From contig CM119266.1 in NCBI GenBank assembly GCA_051294375.1, forward strand, positions 3,369,151-3,433,150: a stretch of DNA of 64,000 nt, read 5' to 3'. The notes beneath the pieces are model-generated. The model was not told the origin of the DNA, did not search any database, and was given only the letters and a program-made list of their open reading frames with translations. The translations under genes were made by a program, and so were the position numbers. This DNA is from Paraspadella gotoi. Taxonomy: Eukaryota; Animalia; Chaetognatha. This document shows positions 26,251 to 40,029 of this stretch, piece by piece (the first letter of the stretch is position 1; each line of letters begins with the position of its first letter).

Positions 26251-28496
26251 TAAAAAATTAAAACTAGAAATCTTTAAAAGAATTTTTTTATAATATTTGA
26301 TATAGTCCTTGGAGTTAGGAATAAATTTGACTATATTGTTTTAAAAAATCAATTAAAATAATTTTTAATTTTTCTAGAAATAATCAACTTCCTAACAATG
26401 ATGAATAGATTTTTAACATACCAATTTATTGGATCACAAAGTTTAATATACATCTTCTCATTTTCTATCTTAATGAACAAATCTTTATCTTTACGTGTTT
26501 AACACCGTTTCTAATATATTTTTAAATTACATTTTTAGATTGACATTTTTTTTCCTAATTTTGAAAAGGTTTTTAAAAAAAATGACTCAAAATTATCAAA
26601 CTTTGTCGAACAACTAGGAGGGTTGCGGTCTTAGGGTGGAGTGATGAAAAGATTGAGCGATTGAACATATTTTTTGCTGCCTATGCACATGTATTTAATG
26701 AATTTTTATCATTAAAATTTTATTAAGCATAACAGTATAGTAAATTCATTATTTATTTAGTAATATCCCTTTTAAAATCATAAAATTTCAAAATAATTTT
26801 TTTTTATTTTTAAGAACAGATTTGGATTCGCTTGTAAAAAAAAATAAGAAACTTATAAAATATGTTGTAATGATATTTTAAGTTTAGACCACCAAAAAAT
26901 AAACTAAAAACCTTTTAACATATATAAGTTTCTACTACTATTTTTAATTTTGCTTTTAAAGAATTTACTATTTTATAAGAAACTTGCTACAGATACTATT
27001 GTATTTTACATTCTGTTTCCGAGAACAAAATAAAAAAATATTTGTTTTATTACGTCTAAAATCCTTGTTTGATCACTAATATTTTTTTTTATTTTTAAGT
27101 ACTCCACTCTATTGGGTAATATTATTAATTCATCAACAATTTTATTGAATTTATTTAAATTTTAGTTATTATTTGGAATCTTCTTATATGTAACATGGAG
27201 GTTTCACTAATCTCTCTGTTATTTTCTGTGGGTCTTTATGTCTTAAAACACTTTATCTGACATTCAAACATAATACATCTGACGACAGAAACTTTTAGGA
27301 TTATTGTTGGGTTATTTGGGTTCATCTTGGTCAATCATACTTTGTCTCCTGTTTATATAGCATTCATTTGGAGGTTTTGGGGAGAGTCTACTATTTTAAC
27401 AAAGAATCCTTTACGATGGTCATTGACAAAAGGATCTGTCATATGGACTTGCATTGTGCCCCATCAATGATTGATATTTACTTGGAAAATTGAAAGACTA
27501 TGCAGATCGAATAAATTTCAACCTCATAGGTGAGCTAATGTTAGATTTGTTGCATTAGTCCATGAATCAGTTGGATCACCATGGTACATGTATATTGTAT
27601 AACATCAAGGAAAGCTAAGAAAACAAATTGAGCTTTTATTATAATTTTATTCAAGTTAGTCTAATCAGCTCTTATGTATATTTTTATTTTCCAAATCAAC
27701 TAAAATTAAATGTTTCTGGCACTTCACAGAGAGGCAACGCAGAGAGACTCATTTGATTCACATTGTGCAGGAGTCATTTCCCCAGCTCGTTGTCCGGACA
27801 GCATTGGCCGTCCTCTCCTTGACTGAAAGTAGAGAGATTTGTTACCGAAGTACCAAAAGTTTAGTACAATATTTTAGAACAGTTTAACTTTAAACTAACA
27901 ACTTTCAAACTGAATAATATGATATCAAAATTTAAATTTTACCTCAAACAAATGTTTACCTCCAAATATTTTTTGGTATGAATTTTCTTTTCAATATTAT
28001 TTACTGCAATATGCATTTTAGATATAGTATATTATATTTATATATATAAATATATAGTAGAGTAATTATATATAATATATACTAAATTTTTATATTTATA
28101 GAAAGTAATTGCATATTGAAGTAAATCATAATATTAATAAGAAAGAATTCAAACAAAAAATACTTTGATTGCATATGAAACATAACAATTGTAAAAATGT
28201 AAAAATGAAAAAGCCATATCTAAATTTTTAACTATTGCACACTTTTATAAAATCTATCCGTAAATTTGTAGTAGTTTTTATTTAACATCGATGTTAAAAT
28301 AAAACAAAAAAAAAACTCATAAGGAAAAAGCGTGACGCCGACGACAACGAACGAAGTTCACAAAGAACGAAAACGATCAAAATCGTCTGGCGGAGAAAAA
28401 AAAGAAATAAAAAAGAAATAAAAAAAGAATGTTTTTGTTTATTTTTTCATGTCCACGATGACGCGAGTTGCGGGGCGATAACGGAAAAACGTGGGA

Positions 28497-28533
<37 letters not shown>

Positions 28534-28903
28534 AGAGAGAGAGAGAGAGAGGGGAGAGTATTTAGAGTCTCAGAAGATATTTGCTTCACATTTATTCTTA
28601 AAAAAATCAGACGACCTTTCCTTTTTCCACCAAACAAGCTTACTCCCTCCAATGGTTGCTTGCTCGTAACCTCGGCAGGGAGTGTTCCGCTTGTCCAGAG
28701 AGTTGGAGGCGAGACTTCCGGCGACTTTGTTTTTGAAGCTGTTGTTGAGGATCGTTGAGGGATGTCGACCTGAGAGAGGAAGGGAGGCCGAAGAGGTTGT
28801 GGAAGGGGTGAGCCCGTTAGGGTCAGAAGAGAAAGCCGATGGGTGGAGAAAAAGGTTAATATATACTAAGTGTGTAGAGAATTGAAGAACAAAAATTTAT
28901 TTG

Positions 28904-28986
<83 letters not shown>

Positions 28987-29371
28987 TACATAGACTTGTT
29001 AGTTTTCCTTTCTTTTTCGTTTGGTGTATGATTTAGAGACAGAAAAAAAATTGATTTTCAAAACGAATTGTTTTATTAAAGATGCAGACATGTTTCGAAT
29101 AATTGTTTGTTCATCATCAGTGCATTTAGACAATTTGAAATACAAAACTTTGCAAGTCCGGAAAATTGAGAGAGAGAGAGAGAGAGAGATGCAGAGAGAA
29201 AAGAGAGGAGAGAGAGAGAGAGAGAAAAGAGAGAGTGAAGAGAGCGGTAGAAAAACCCAAGGGCGACAGGAGAAAAAATGTCTCGGCGCAAATTTTGAAA
29301 ATGGTCCTGGAAAATTTGGAACATGAAAGCCCGTGTTCAAAGTGGCCCAGCTGTGTACAAGGCATTAGCGG

Positions 29372-29418
<47 letters not shown>

Positions 29419-31251
29419 AGAGGAGAGCAGAGAGAGAGAGAGCTTCCAACCAAAGGGTTGAGAGAAAGTGAACAGTCAGAGGGCGAGAACAGCTGAAAGT
29501 TTTGTTCAGATAGAGAGAGAGATAGAGGAGGGAATAGAAAATAAAGTCAAATGAGAAAATAATGCAGAGGTAATGAATTTTACATTGAAATAATAAAACT
29601 AAAAAGTAAAATAATAATAACAACAGTGAAATAAATAATAGTTTTGTAATTTTTAATAATGAAAGGAAAATTGAAATTTGTAAGTAAAAGGAGAAAGGTA
29701 AAGAAAGAAGCTCAAAGTGAGCAAAAAATGTTCGAAACATGTCTGCCCTCTTTAATAAACAAGAGAACAGCTTTTAAACCTCAGATTCTCTGATAATGTT
29801 CATAATTGCCGGGCACAACCCCCCCCATTCCAACCCTGGCCCCCCAATTTCCGCCACCCCAACCCCCCTGGCCAGTGGCAACACAACCTGGTTTGGGGTC
29901 GGCGAGTTCGTCCGGCGCCGAATCCTGGCGCCGCAATTTCCGTCGGCGCGATCCGGCACGCAACACGACGGCGCTGACGACGCGATGACGAAGAGGACGA
30001 CGCTGACCAGCCACGACGATGACGAGCAACTTGTGTTCCTGAAGGAAGATGGATTAGAAATTAGAATTTGGATTAGAATTTTGAATTATTTGGATAATTT
30101 TTATATAGATCTAGCCAAAATTTTAATTAGTTATAATTATCATTAAATGACGATCTTGGATCTTATGTTCTCTCCGTCTCCGCTCTCTCTCTCTCTTTTC
30201 TTCCTTTGCTCTGACTCTTAACTAATTCATTTGGCCCTGAAAGATATGTGTCCAAAGATCCAAAATAGTTGGGTCATTTTAATATAACATTGTACCTGTA
30301 CTTCCCATGTGTAATCTTTTAACTAATTATCGTTATTAGTTATAACTACTATTATTAGTTATATATGGTTATTTATTAGTTTTAATTATTCTACTATTAT
30401 TAAATCCAAGGTAAATATTCTCGCGAAAAGATACGGTCACGTTCTCTCTCTTGGTCTTGTTTCTTACATCTTGTTTTACGCAGCAACGGCACGACGTATT
30501 GTTAGCTTTCTATTCAAGTATTACATATTAAATTAATTTTAATTTTAATCATTAGTCGTCATTAATTTTATTTGATATTCAATATGATATCCTTAGCATT
30601 AATTATACCTCCAAGACAGGTAAAAAAGACGAAGACGAGAAAAAACGTTTTCAATTCTTCGGATCTTGATCTCGCCTCCAGTTTTGCTTTCAGCTTTCGC
30701 CTCCGCCCATGGCGCTGTGTTTGTTGTTTTTGTTGTGTTGTTGTTGTTACCGTCAGCGATGGTGAAAGCAAAAAGTAAGAAAGAAAAAATCCAAGACGAA
30801 GGAACGAAAAACTGACTTCATCGTATCGCGACGATTTCACTGTACTTTGTGGGCGACGTTCGTAAAATTTGTTGATATAATACAAACTGCATACACTTAA
30901 GTCATTAACATTGTTTTTTTTTTCTTTTTTCAGCTTATATGTGTCATGGTTTTTTCGTGTTTTTTTTTTTAATGTGGAGAAAATGTTTTAGAAACAAAAA
31001 AATCCTTAAACGAGGATTTAACTCAAATTTTAAGACATTTTTTTTTTGTTTAAGTTCAAATTTATCTTTCTTCCCTTTTTTTTGTAATTCGATTTGTATC
31101 TTTTCCTTGAAAAGTATATTATTTGTTTTGTTTTTTTTTTTATCTTTTCTTCTTTCGTGAGAAAACTCGCGTGATTTCGTTTATCCTTCGTGTTTTTGTG
31201 AATCCGCGAGATTAACATTGGCGGCCGTGAGTAAGAGAACGAGAACGAGAG

Positions 31252-31282
<31 letters not shown>

Positions 31283-31660
31283 CGAGAGAGAGAGAGCCGA
31301 AATAGTGAGAACAGAGGCTGACAAGAAAAGTCACGGGGCAGAAAAGCACCGAACTTCGTCGTTCGTTTTCGTCGTCGTCGTTCATCATTCATCGACGTCG
31401 TTATCCTTGACGAGGTCGTCGTGTCGTCGTCGTCGTCCGTCGTCGTCGTCGTCATCCTCCCCTCAAAAGGTCCGTCCGCGGGGGACTCGGGGCGTGAAGG
31501 AAATACGGTGAATTGTAACCGGTCATGAATGGATGAAAATGGACGAAATGGACGGAAAATGGACGAACTGAGCAGAAAAAAGGGATAAAAAAGAGGGAAT
31601 GCGATGACGACCTGGAAACGAAAAAAGGGAAAAGGTGGGATGTTTGCTGAGTTATGAGAG

Positions 31661-31710
<50 letters not shown>

Positions 31711-31912
31711 ACAGAGAGAGAGATAGAAGAAGCTTCGATTTATGCTACCTTCACGTGTTCTCGTTCGTGGATTTTCATTCATGAGCTCATATCTTTTTTT
31801 TTAAGATCAGAAAGACAAATGAGAAGGAATGAATGAATGAACAAAGAAAGGAAATTGAGAAAAAGTGAATGAGTGAATGACCGAGAGAGAAAGAGAGAGA
31901 GAGAGAGAGAAG

Positions 31913-31976
<64 letters not shown>

Positions 31977-32028
31977 TTGAGGAAAAATTGGCCGATCGTA
32001 CGCAAGGTAAACATCCACAATTTAACGC

Positions 32029-32068
<40 letters not shown>

Positions 32069-32187
32069 GAGAGAGAGAGAGAAGAGAGAGAGAGAAAGGA
32101 TTAAACTTTGAAAACAATAGTAACCCCCATATTTTTTTCACAAAAATATTCTAACTCTTATATTCTGCTTGAAGAAGGATAAAAGCT

Positions 32188-32223
<36 letters not shown>

Positions 32224-32548
32224 CTTCTCTCTCTCTCTTTTCTCTCTCTCATTTTCACAAAGCCTCCACTTTCTTATTCTTTCTTCAATTCCTGAATTTG
32301 TTTCGACTTAAAAAAAAAAAAAGGAAAAAGAAAGTAAAATCCTGACCCAAATTTTGGTCTCTTTTTCCTCATTTTTTTCTTTAGGGATTCAGATCGTGAA
32401 ACCGGAATCTTTGTTTATTCTCGAACGATCACGTGACAGCTTTTGGTCATGTGACCGTCTCGATCCTGAGTGTCAAAAATCTGGATTTTTAATAGGGCGA
32501 GGTCAATGTCAATGTGGACGACACATCGACGGTCGGAACTCTCTTTCT

Positions 32549-32584
<36 letters not shown>

Positions 32585-32776
32585 CCCTCCTCCTATCTTT
32601 TTCTCTCTCTTCCTCGATCTTGATCTTGATCGAGGCCGTTCCATTTACTTTTCGGATTGTCTTTTCTAAAACTATTGTAAACTATCTCTTTAGGATTTCT
32701 AGACTTCTTTCACACGAACGAATTTTGTAGGTTTTAAGTTTTTGAAATTGTTTAGTTTCAATTTTAAAGTGGAGAA

Positions 32777-32825
<49 letters not shown>

Positions 32826-33238
32826 TCACTCTCTTCAATAAGATGATCCGCATTTATAACGACCCAAAGAATTCAACTTCTTACAACCGCCCTATCCTCC
32901 TCCTCCTCCTCCTCCTCCTCTTCTTCTTCCTCTANNNNNNNNNNNNNNNNNNNNNNNNNCTTCTTCTTCTTCTTCTTCGGCCTCTTTCACATCGTGACAG
33001 CCACCAGGGGTGAGACCCAAATTAAACACGATAAAAAGTGAAACTCTTCACGCGAAAGTTTTCGCTTCATTGTGAGATTAAAACGTTTGATCTATTTTCT
33101 TTAGGGACTTTAAAATTTCGCTTTTGTATTTAGATGCAGGATGTATTAATTAACTTATTAATTATTTAATCAATCAATTTATTTATCAATCAATAAATCA
33201 ATAAATCAATAAATCAATAAATCAATCAATCAACCAAT

Positions 33239-33269
<31 letters not shown>

Positions 33270-33594
33270 AGTCAATCGTTATCGGCATTAATGTCGTCGT
33301 CGCCATCATCTTCGTCATTGCTTTTGTCGTGGTTAGTGACAAAAAGACCAAAAAATAAACATTTCGGATCAAATTGTTTGCTCAAACTTGTTTAAGTTTA
33401 ATTAAAAAAACATATTATAACTGAATCAAACCTCAATATAGTTTGTTTCGCTTGTTATTAACATTATATTCTGTTTTCGATTTTGCCGAGATTTGACACT
33501 TGGTTGACCCCAGATTTGACCTTCCCCTGACCTCACGGTAAATTCCGTTTCTGACCCAGACTTTTTTTGTTCGAGCGGATCAGAGCTGGCGCCG

Positions 33595-33626
<32 letters not shown>

Positions 33627-35098
33627 ATCTCGAGGTGATTTCGATAAAAACAACGACGACGACGATACGTAAAATACGATACGTATGTAGTAACTAGTAA
33701 CTAAACTTTGACATATTTTTATGAACTTATTCTTAAAGATCACTAAATGGATATCACAATAAGAACAGCAAATGACTAGTGATGCGATGTTGAATTTACT
33801 GGAAGTCTTCTCGTCTAATTCTAAACAACGAATGGAAACAAATTCTCAACTCGTGTAATGAATAATATTACGGGACAGTTGACCCCATCGCTAGCAGCAG
33901 TATCTGTCAGCAGTATCTTCCAGCAGTATCTCTCAAGCCCTTTACCACTGGATTCAAAATTCAGGAACTAAGTTGTTCAAAAGACGGGAAATTCTTCCGG
34001 AACAATAGATACATGGTGACAGTTTTACAAGCGCCGCTAAAAAAACGCTGTCATTTGCAAACCCTTGAATATTTTTTCAATGTTAAATATGAATTTAAAA
34101 GTGAAAACCCAAACTATTTATATATGCAAATTTTATCAGAATCGACTTTGATATGCCTCAGTAACGATAGCTTGGCTCCCCTTTAAATTAGGTAATATAA
34201 TATTTTGTAAATGTTTTAAACTGAAACTGTGAAGTTGTGTGATAAAGCAACCCGTCTGAACCATCTTCCTAACCAGTCTTAGCCGTCGGGCCCTCCCTTA
34301 CCCCCCGCATTTTGAGGCCATCTCCCCTTTCTCCCATCCCGATTTAGACCACACTGAGCCCCACCTCGGCTTTTGGTCGCTTGAAGCTTAAATCCTAGAC
34401 TCACCCAGTCGCCTTCTCTTCAATTCTTTACGCTTCACTTACTTTCTAATCTGTGAATCACCCAGTTTTTGCTCTCTCTCTCTCTGCTCTCTCTCTCTCT
34501 TAAACCTTGCGTGAGCAAGAAAGGGCAGAAGGGAAAGAGAGAGAGAGAGAGAGAGAGAGACAGGGAGAGAGAGAGACAGGGAGAGAAGGAGAGAGGGATT
34601 GAAAAAGAGTCAGGGAGAGGGAGAGCGAGAGAGAGACTTGCTTCACTTTTTTCAGAAGTTGCTCCCGATGGGAAAATCTTTGTACGGAAGAGAAGGAAAG
34701 AAAAAACCGTAGGCGATTTCCTTGAGAAAGGAAGTGAAGTAAAAAGAGAGGTTGAGGAAAGATTTGAGGAAAAGAGAAGTAAAACAAAAAGAGAGGTTGA
34801 GTAAAGATTTTAGGAAAAGAGAAGTAAAACAAAGAGAGAGGTTTAAGAAAGGAAGAGCAATAGTTGAGAAAATCTCTGAAACAAAAATCTCTTAACCAAA
34901 GAAGTGATGGAGAAAGGAACATAAAAAAGCGAGAAACGAATTCTGTAGAAAATTGGCGAGACTCATTACAGTATTATACTATATTATACTATACTGTATC
35001 ATACTGTCCTATAAGAAGAATTAATCGACGTAGTTAAGCAAAGTCGAATTTGTTTTGAAGTCTGAAAAATGAGCTCAGCTGAGCGAGGATTGACTTTT

Positions 35099-35185
<87 letters not shown>

Positions 35186-35713
35186 TATGTTCTTGTTTTT
35201 CTGTTTATCTCAATTTCGATTTTTAACATTTATTACTTTCATAATACGATAATATTTGAATAACTTTTAAAAAAATATTAAGTACCTTCTCTTTCAAATA
35301 ATACAAAAATGATGAAATACAAAGAAAGAAAGAAAGTAAGAGAGCAAGAAGAAGGAAAAGGAAAAAAAAGAAAAACAAAAGAAAAAAAAGAAAAGAAAGG
35401 AAAAGAAAAGAAAAGAAAAGAAAAGAAAAGAAAAGAAAGGAAAAGAAGAAAAGAAAAAACCGAAAAAGGTAAGGTCGAAGTAAGGACGCCGCCCGCCGGC
35501 CGTATCCGTCGGGGAAAGAATGTTTTGTTTACGATTTCCTCGTTGGTTCTCGATTGTTCACTGTTTATCCACGAAGTTCGGACGCGCGAGCTCAAACTTT
35601 TTTTTTTCCTTTTTATCTCAACTCCTTTTTCCCCCTTTATTTACGTCTCGCATCTTTTCTTTCATAACCTTTATTTTCTTTTCTTCTTTTCTGGCTAAAC
35701 TTGTTTTCGCCAC

Positions 35714-35764
<51 letters not shown>

Positions 35765-38573
35765 CACAGCCTTTTGACAAAACCCTATGTTTTAGATTAA
35801 ATAAATAGTTATAGCTTTATTAAGGACCAACTGCGGAGATAATAAAAATTTCGAATATTAGCAAAGTTTTTTTAGTTGTCTTGAAATTTAATTTAAGCAA
35901 TCATTTTCAAAAAAAAAATACATTATATGTCTTGATAAATATATTAAATGTTACTCATCTTTTTTCGTATTATAAATTTTTTTTTTCAAAATCTTGAAAT
36001 TTTTCGATGGATTCTGATAGAGCATAAAAAGTTAAACAAGAAATATAATTACAGCTTTTAAAAATTTCTACGCTTTTTAAGTAAAAATATAAAAAACTGA
36101 TAAAATTATCGAAAGATGATGATGATGACGATTTTATCGGTTTTTTTATATTTTTGACTCACTATTTTAAAATGAATTATACTTTGTGTAGACAACTTTT
36201 TATGAGCTATTATCTGAATCTTGTCTTAAAAGTTCTCAAAAATTTTTTTGGCCTTTCCTATTTATAAATAAATATTAAAAAATATATAAGAAATTTTGTT
36301 GTCCATTGAAAGTATAAAAATGTAAAAATTTTCGTTTGAGCAATTACTCATTCTAAATTTTTGACTCACCCCATTGTGTGGGGCTACCCCTAGCTTTAGC
36401 TTAAGCTCTTAGTAGTTTTTCACGAATACTAAATAGCCTTTGATATATCCGATTATGAAAGTAATTGGTGAATACTGAAGAGACAGTAATTATTGTTATG
36501 TGTTAGTGACAAAACCGTTCAATATAAGCAGTCCCTGAGCTTCGGATCAGGCTGTAACACCATGTTACAGGCGGGTTATGCGCCCCGTCCCTCTTAACTG
36601 CCAGACGACCACCGGGCTAGAACCCCGGACCTTTGGGTTGGGAGGCGAATGACTTGCCTCCGGCACCAATGGCCGCTGATGAACGGTTGGTGGATTTTAG
36701 TCCACCATAATACTTATATTCGCTATTGAAATAGTACATGTACATTGTACATATAAAGGCTTTAAATAATTATGGCTTTATTGTATATTTACAATGTACC
36801 TATAAAAACATAAATTAAGGCTAAACTTATTACATGGCGATGAGAAGGCGACACAATGTTTATTTGTTTATAGACGGCCATAGATAAGCGGCAGCGGCAG
36901 CGGCAGCGGCAGCGGCACCCGCAGCCGCAGCGAAAGTCAAGTTAGAAACGCAGGCAGACTGCAATTGCACAGAGGGGAGTTCACTCAAGAAAATTACGGA
37001 CCAGATTGAAATTGTTCAGATATCTATTATATATTATATTAAACCAATTTATGAACCGTTATCCAGAATTCAAACTAATGCCAGCTCTAATCCTTTATTC
37101 TAATTCCTAAGTTTTAGACCTTAATTAATTAAGGCTTAATGGCAGGAACCCCTGCACTAATCACTAACCTGTGCCTTGGATGACTAAATAACTTAATGAC
37201 TAAAAGACTGAACACTAAATTTCATTTTATAGCATTTTAATGACTGAAAGACTAAATGACTGGATTCTATTCAAGTCGTCTAATCACACTTAGAATAAAT
37301 ACAGTAAATATTGTATCATCTGCGTTTAAGTTTATATACAAATTTTAGGAAAATAACATATTAAAATATAGAATACGAAAAGTCATTCATAAACTCCTTC
37401 GTGCGGCTTTCGGATCGGGTTTTCGTGCGACCGAAATTCTATCGCCTCACCTCCACTTCTCTCCTTTTCAATCATGAACTTACCTTTTTTCATTCTCTTA
37501 TTATATTCCTTTTCTTTACTGTTTTTTGCACCTCGACGAACTTGTTTTCCCGACGGCATCAATATGAAGCCTTACTCGTCTTTGTTTTAGTCTTTAACTT
37601 ACCTCTGCTCTACCACCAACTTAATTCGAACGAGACTCGCCCCTTCTTCATTTCAAGAATGAGAAACCGGTTTTATGGCGACTGTCGACGACAGCAACAA
37701 CAACAACAACAGCGAACAACACGACAGGAAATCAGTTTTGGTCCAAATTCTAATTTTTCGACTTGAAAAAATTGTTTCCTCAGTTTTACTGACTTTAAAT
37801 TCCAAAGTAGAATCGTCTTTCCCGTTGACGTTAACAGACATTTTTCTGTTACGGACTTTTTTGGATCGAATCCGAAACAAAAATAAAAATTTAAAATGAT
37901 GCAAGTTGAAAAAATGATGCGAATTTGAAAAATTATGCAAGTTGAAAAAATGATGCAAGTTGAAAAAATGATGCGAATTTGAAAAATTATGCTAATTGAA
38001 AAAATGATGCAAGTTAAAAAAATGATGCGAGTTAAAAAAACTATGCAAGTTGAAAAAATAATAATAGTTAAAAAAAATATTTTTTTTACCATAGTAACAG
38101 TTCAGTTTAATCCCTTGTAAGCGATTTACATGTATTGGCGCAACCATTGGTTTGTATGGTACGATCTGATTACAGCTTAATTATCGTAGGCAGATCCGAT
38201 ATTATATTTGCTGAACCTTGTTGAATTTAGATTCAAACTATAATTTTTATTTAACTTTTAATTTAACGCCTTTTGTCGGACTTGACTGAATTCAAAATTA
38301 AACATCCGACAATAAAACTTAAATTTAAGATCAAAACTATCGTCGTCGTCCTTTCGCCTCGGGATTAAATCAAATATGGCCGACAAATCTTGAATCAAAA
38401 GTCTTTTGGAAAGTTTCACTCTCTCTCTCTCTCTCTCTCTCCTCATCTCCCTCTCTCTCTCTCTCTCATCTCTCTCTCCTTCCCAAAATGGCGACCAAGC
38501 TCGACGTTCTCAAATCCGAATTACTGGAACTAGTGTCCAGCTTCCGTCCGATGGCACCGGATTTGCTGCGCTG
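25038..38573. repeat. Copy C of duplicated block; contiguous with flanking genes on both sides
   Basis: Colinear with 1-13580 and continues without a gap into the complete E-Syt gene. Confidence 0.95.
27195..27887 (+). pseudogene. Copy C of the truncated XK-related paralogue
   Basis: Near-identical to 2151-2844, including the ESFPQL-coding segment. Confidence 0.45.
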
Positions 38574-39957
38574 GTCGACGATTCTGCTGCCGGCGTGGTT
38601 CTGCGGCAGGATGGACTTCAGCTTTTTGTGGGTGAGTTTAGTCGAAAAGTGAGGAGTCTCTTGATTCAGTTTCTCTCTCTATCTTTCTTTCTCTCTCACT
38701 CTTCTCTCCCGCCATCTCTGCCCTTTCTCCTTTCTTCTCTTTTCTTCTTTATCCCCTTCCTTTCTTTTTTTTCTTCCTCTCTTCTTGGTTGACTCTCTCC
38801 TTCCTCCCACCCCTTTAGATATCATCATAGAAAAGTGTTCAAATATTTTTTTTTCAAATCGCGCGGAGAAAACCGTGCAGTTAGTTGCCTCTGGTACATA
38901 ATATAAAAGAATTTTAAAACAATTAATATATCGTCTAAAAGCTAAGAGAATAGATTTTAAAAATGAGTAATGATTTTTAAAATTTTGCCTCGATATAGGG
39001 TCCCACCCCTGTACATTGTGTACAAGAGGCCAAAGTTTCTCGATATCTAAATTTTATTTTTTGATTCTTATATTAAAATTCCGAAAAATTGATGGAAAGT
39101 AACCGCTGTGGCTAATCCTAAATTCGAATATCTGTCACTGTTATGAAAATTTGTTGCATTTAGTAATTACTATGTGCTAGGTTTTGGTTACAGTACCTTA
39201 GTTTATGTAGTTATTCATTGTTACATACTAAGAGTCTATTATATATCTGACTATCTTAAATAATAAGATGTGCAGGTCTTTGATTTTATTTTTAGCATAG
39301 GGAGTAGCATAAATACCGAGCCTTCAAATGAGGCTCGGTAAACTTTGAATACTTCAAGTAGTAGTAACGCCCTAAGAGTAAGACCGCTCGTGCGGGAGGC
39401 CAAGTTTTACATAGTAGAACCTATAGATGCCTTAAGTCCGTCTCATCGGAGTAGGAATCCGCACAACTCTAACCGCTCTAAGGCCGCTCGTGCGGCTGGC
39501 AATGTTTTGAATACCATTAAATTAAAAAGTACTGCCCTATGAGCCAATTTAAGCTCGGGCATTTTTAGCTTTAATATCATCATCTCTCTCTCTCTCTTTC
39601 TCACTCCTTTCCTCCCCAGGTGGTCTTCATTTTCATTGCCTTCCAAATTCGCAATCGCGACAAACTGCGCAAGGCTTTCCGCAACCAATTCCAGTTGAAG
39701 CGGCGAAGAACGAAGCCAAGGCCATTGCAGGCGTCGTCAAAGAGCGCCGTCTTGGATTTACTTCCCCAACCGCGAGAGGGCGGAATGGCTCAACAAGACT
39801 TTGAAACAAGTACATGGAAATTGAATGCGTAAATTATTAATCATTTCAAAAGAGAAAAAAGTAAAAAACATAAATATATTTGCACAAATCAATGAAAAAA
39901 AAATAACTTGATAGTAAACATAAGAAATAAATTATTAAATAAATAAATATATTATTA

Positions 39958-40029
<72 letters not shown>

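Noticed and set aside
39620-39809. E-Syt pseudogenisation or programmed frameshift in exon 2
   Set aside because: The two single-base deletions are consistent with the pervasive indel noise seen between block copies; the rest of the gene is intact.
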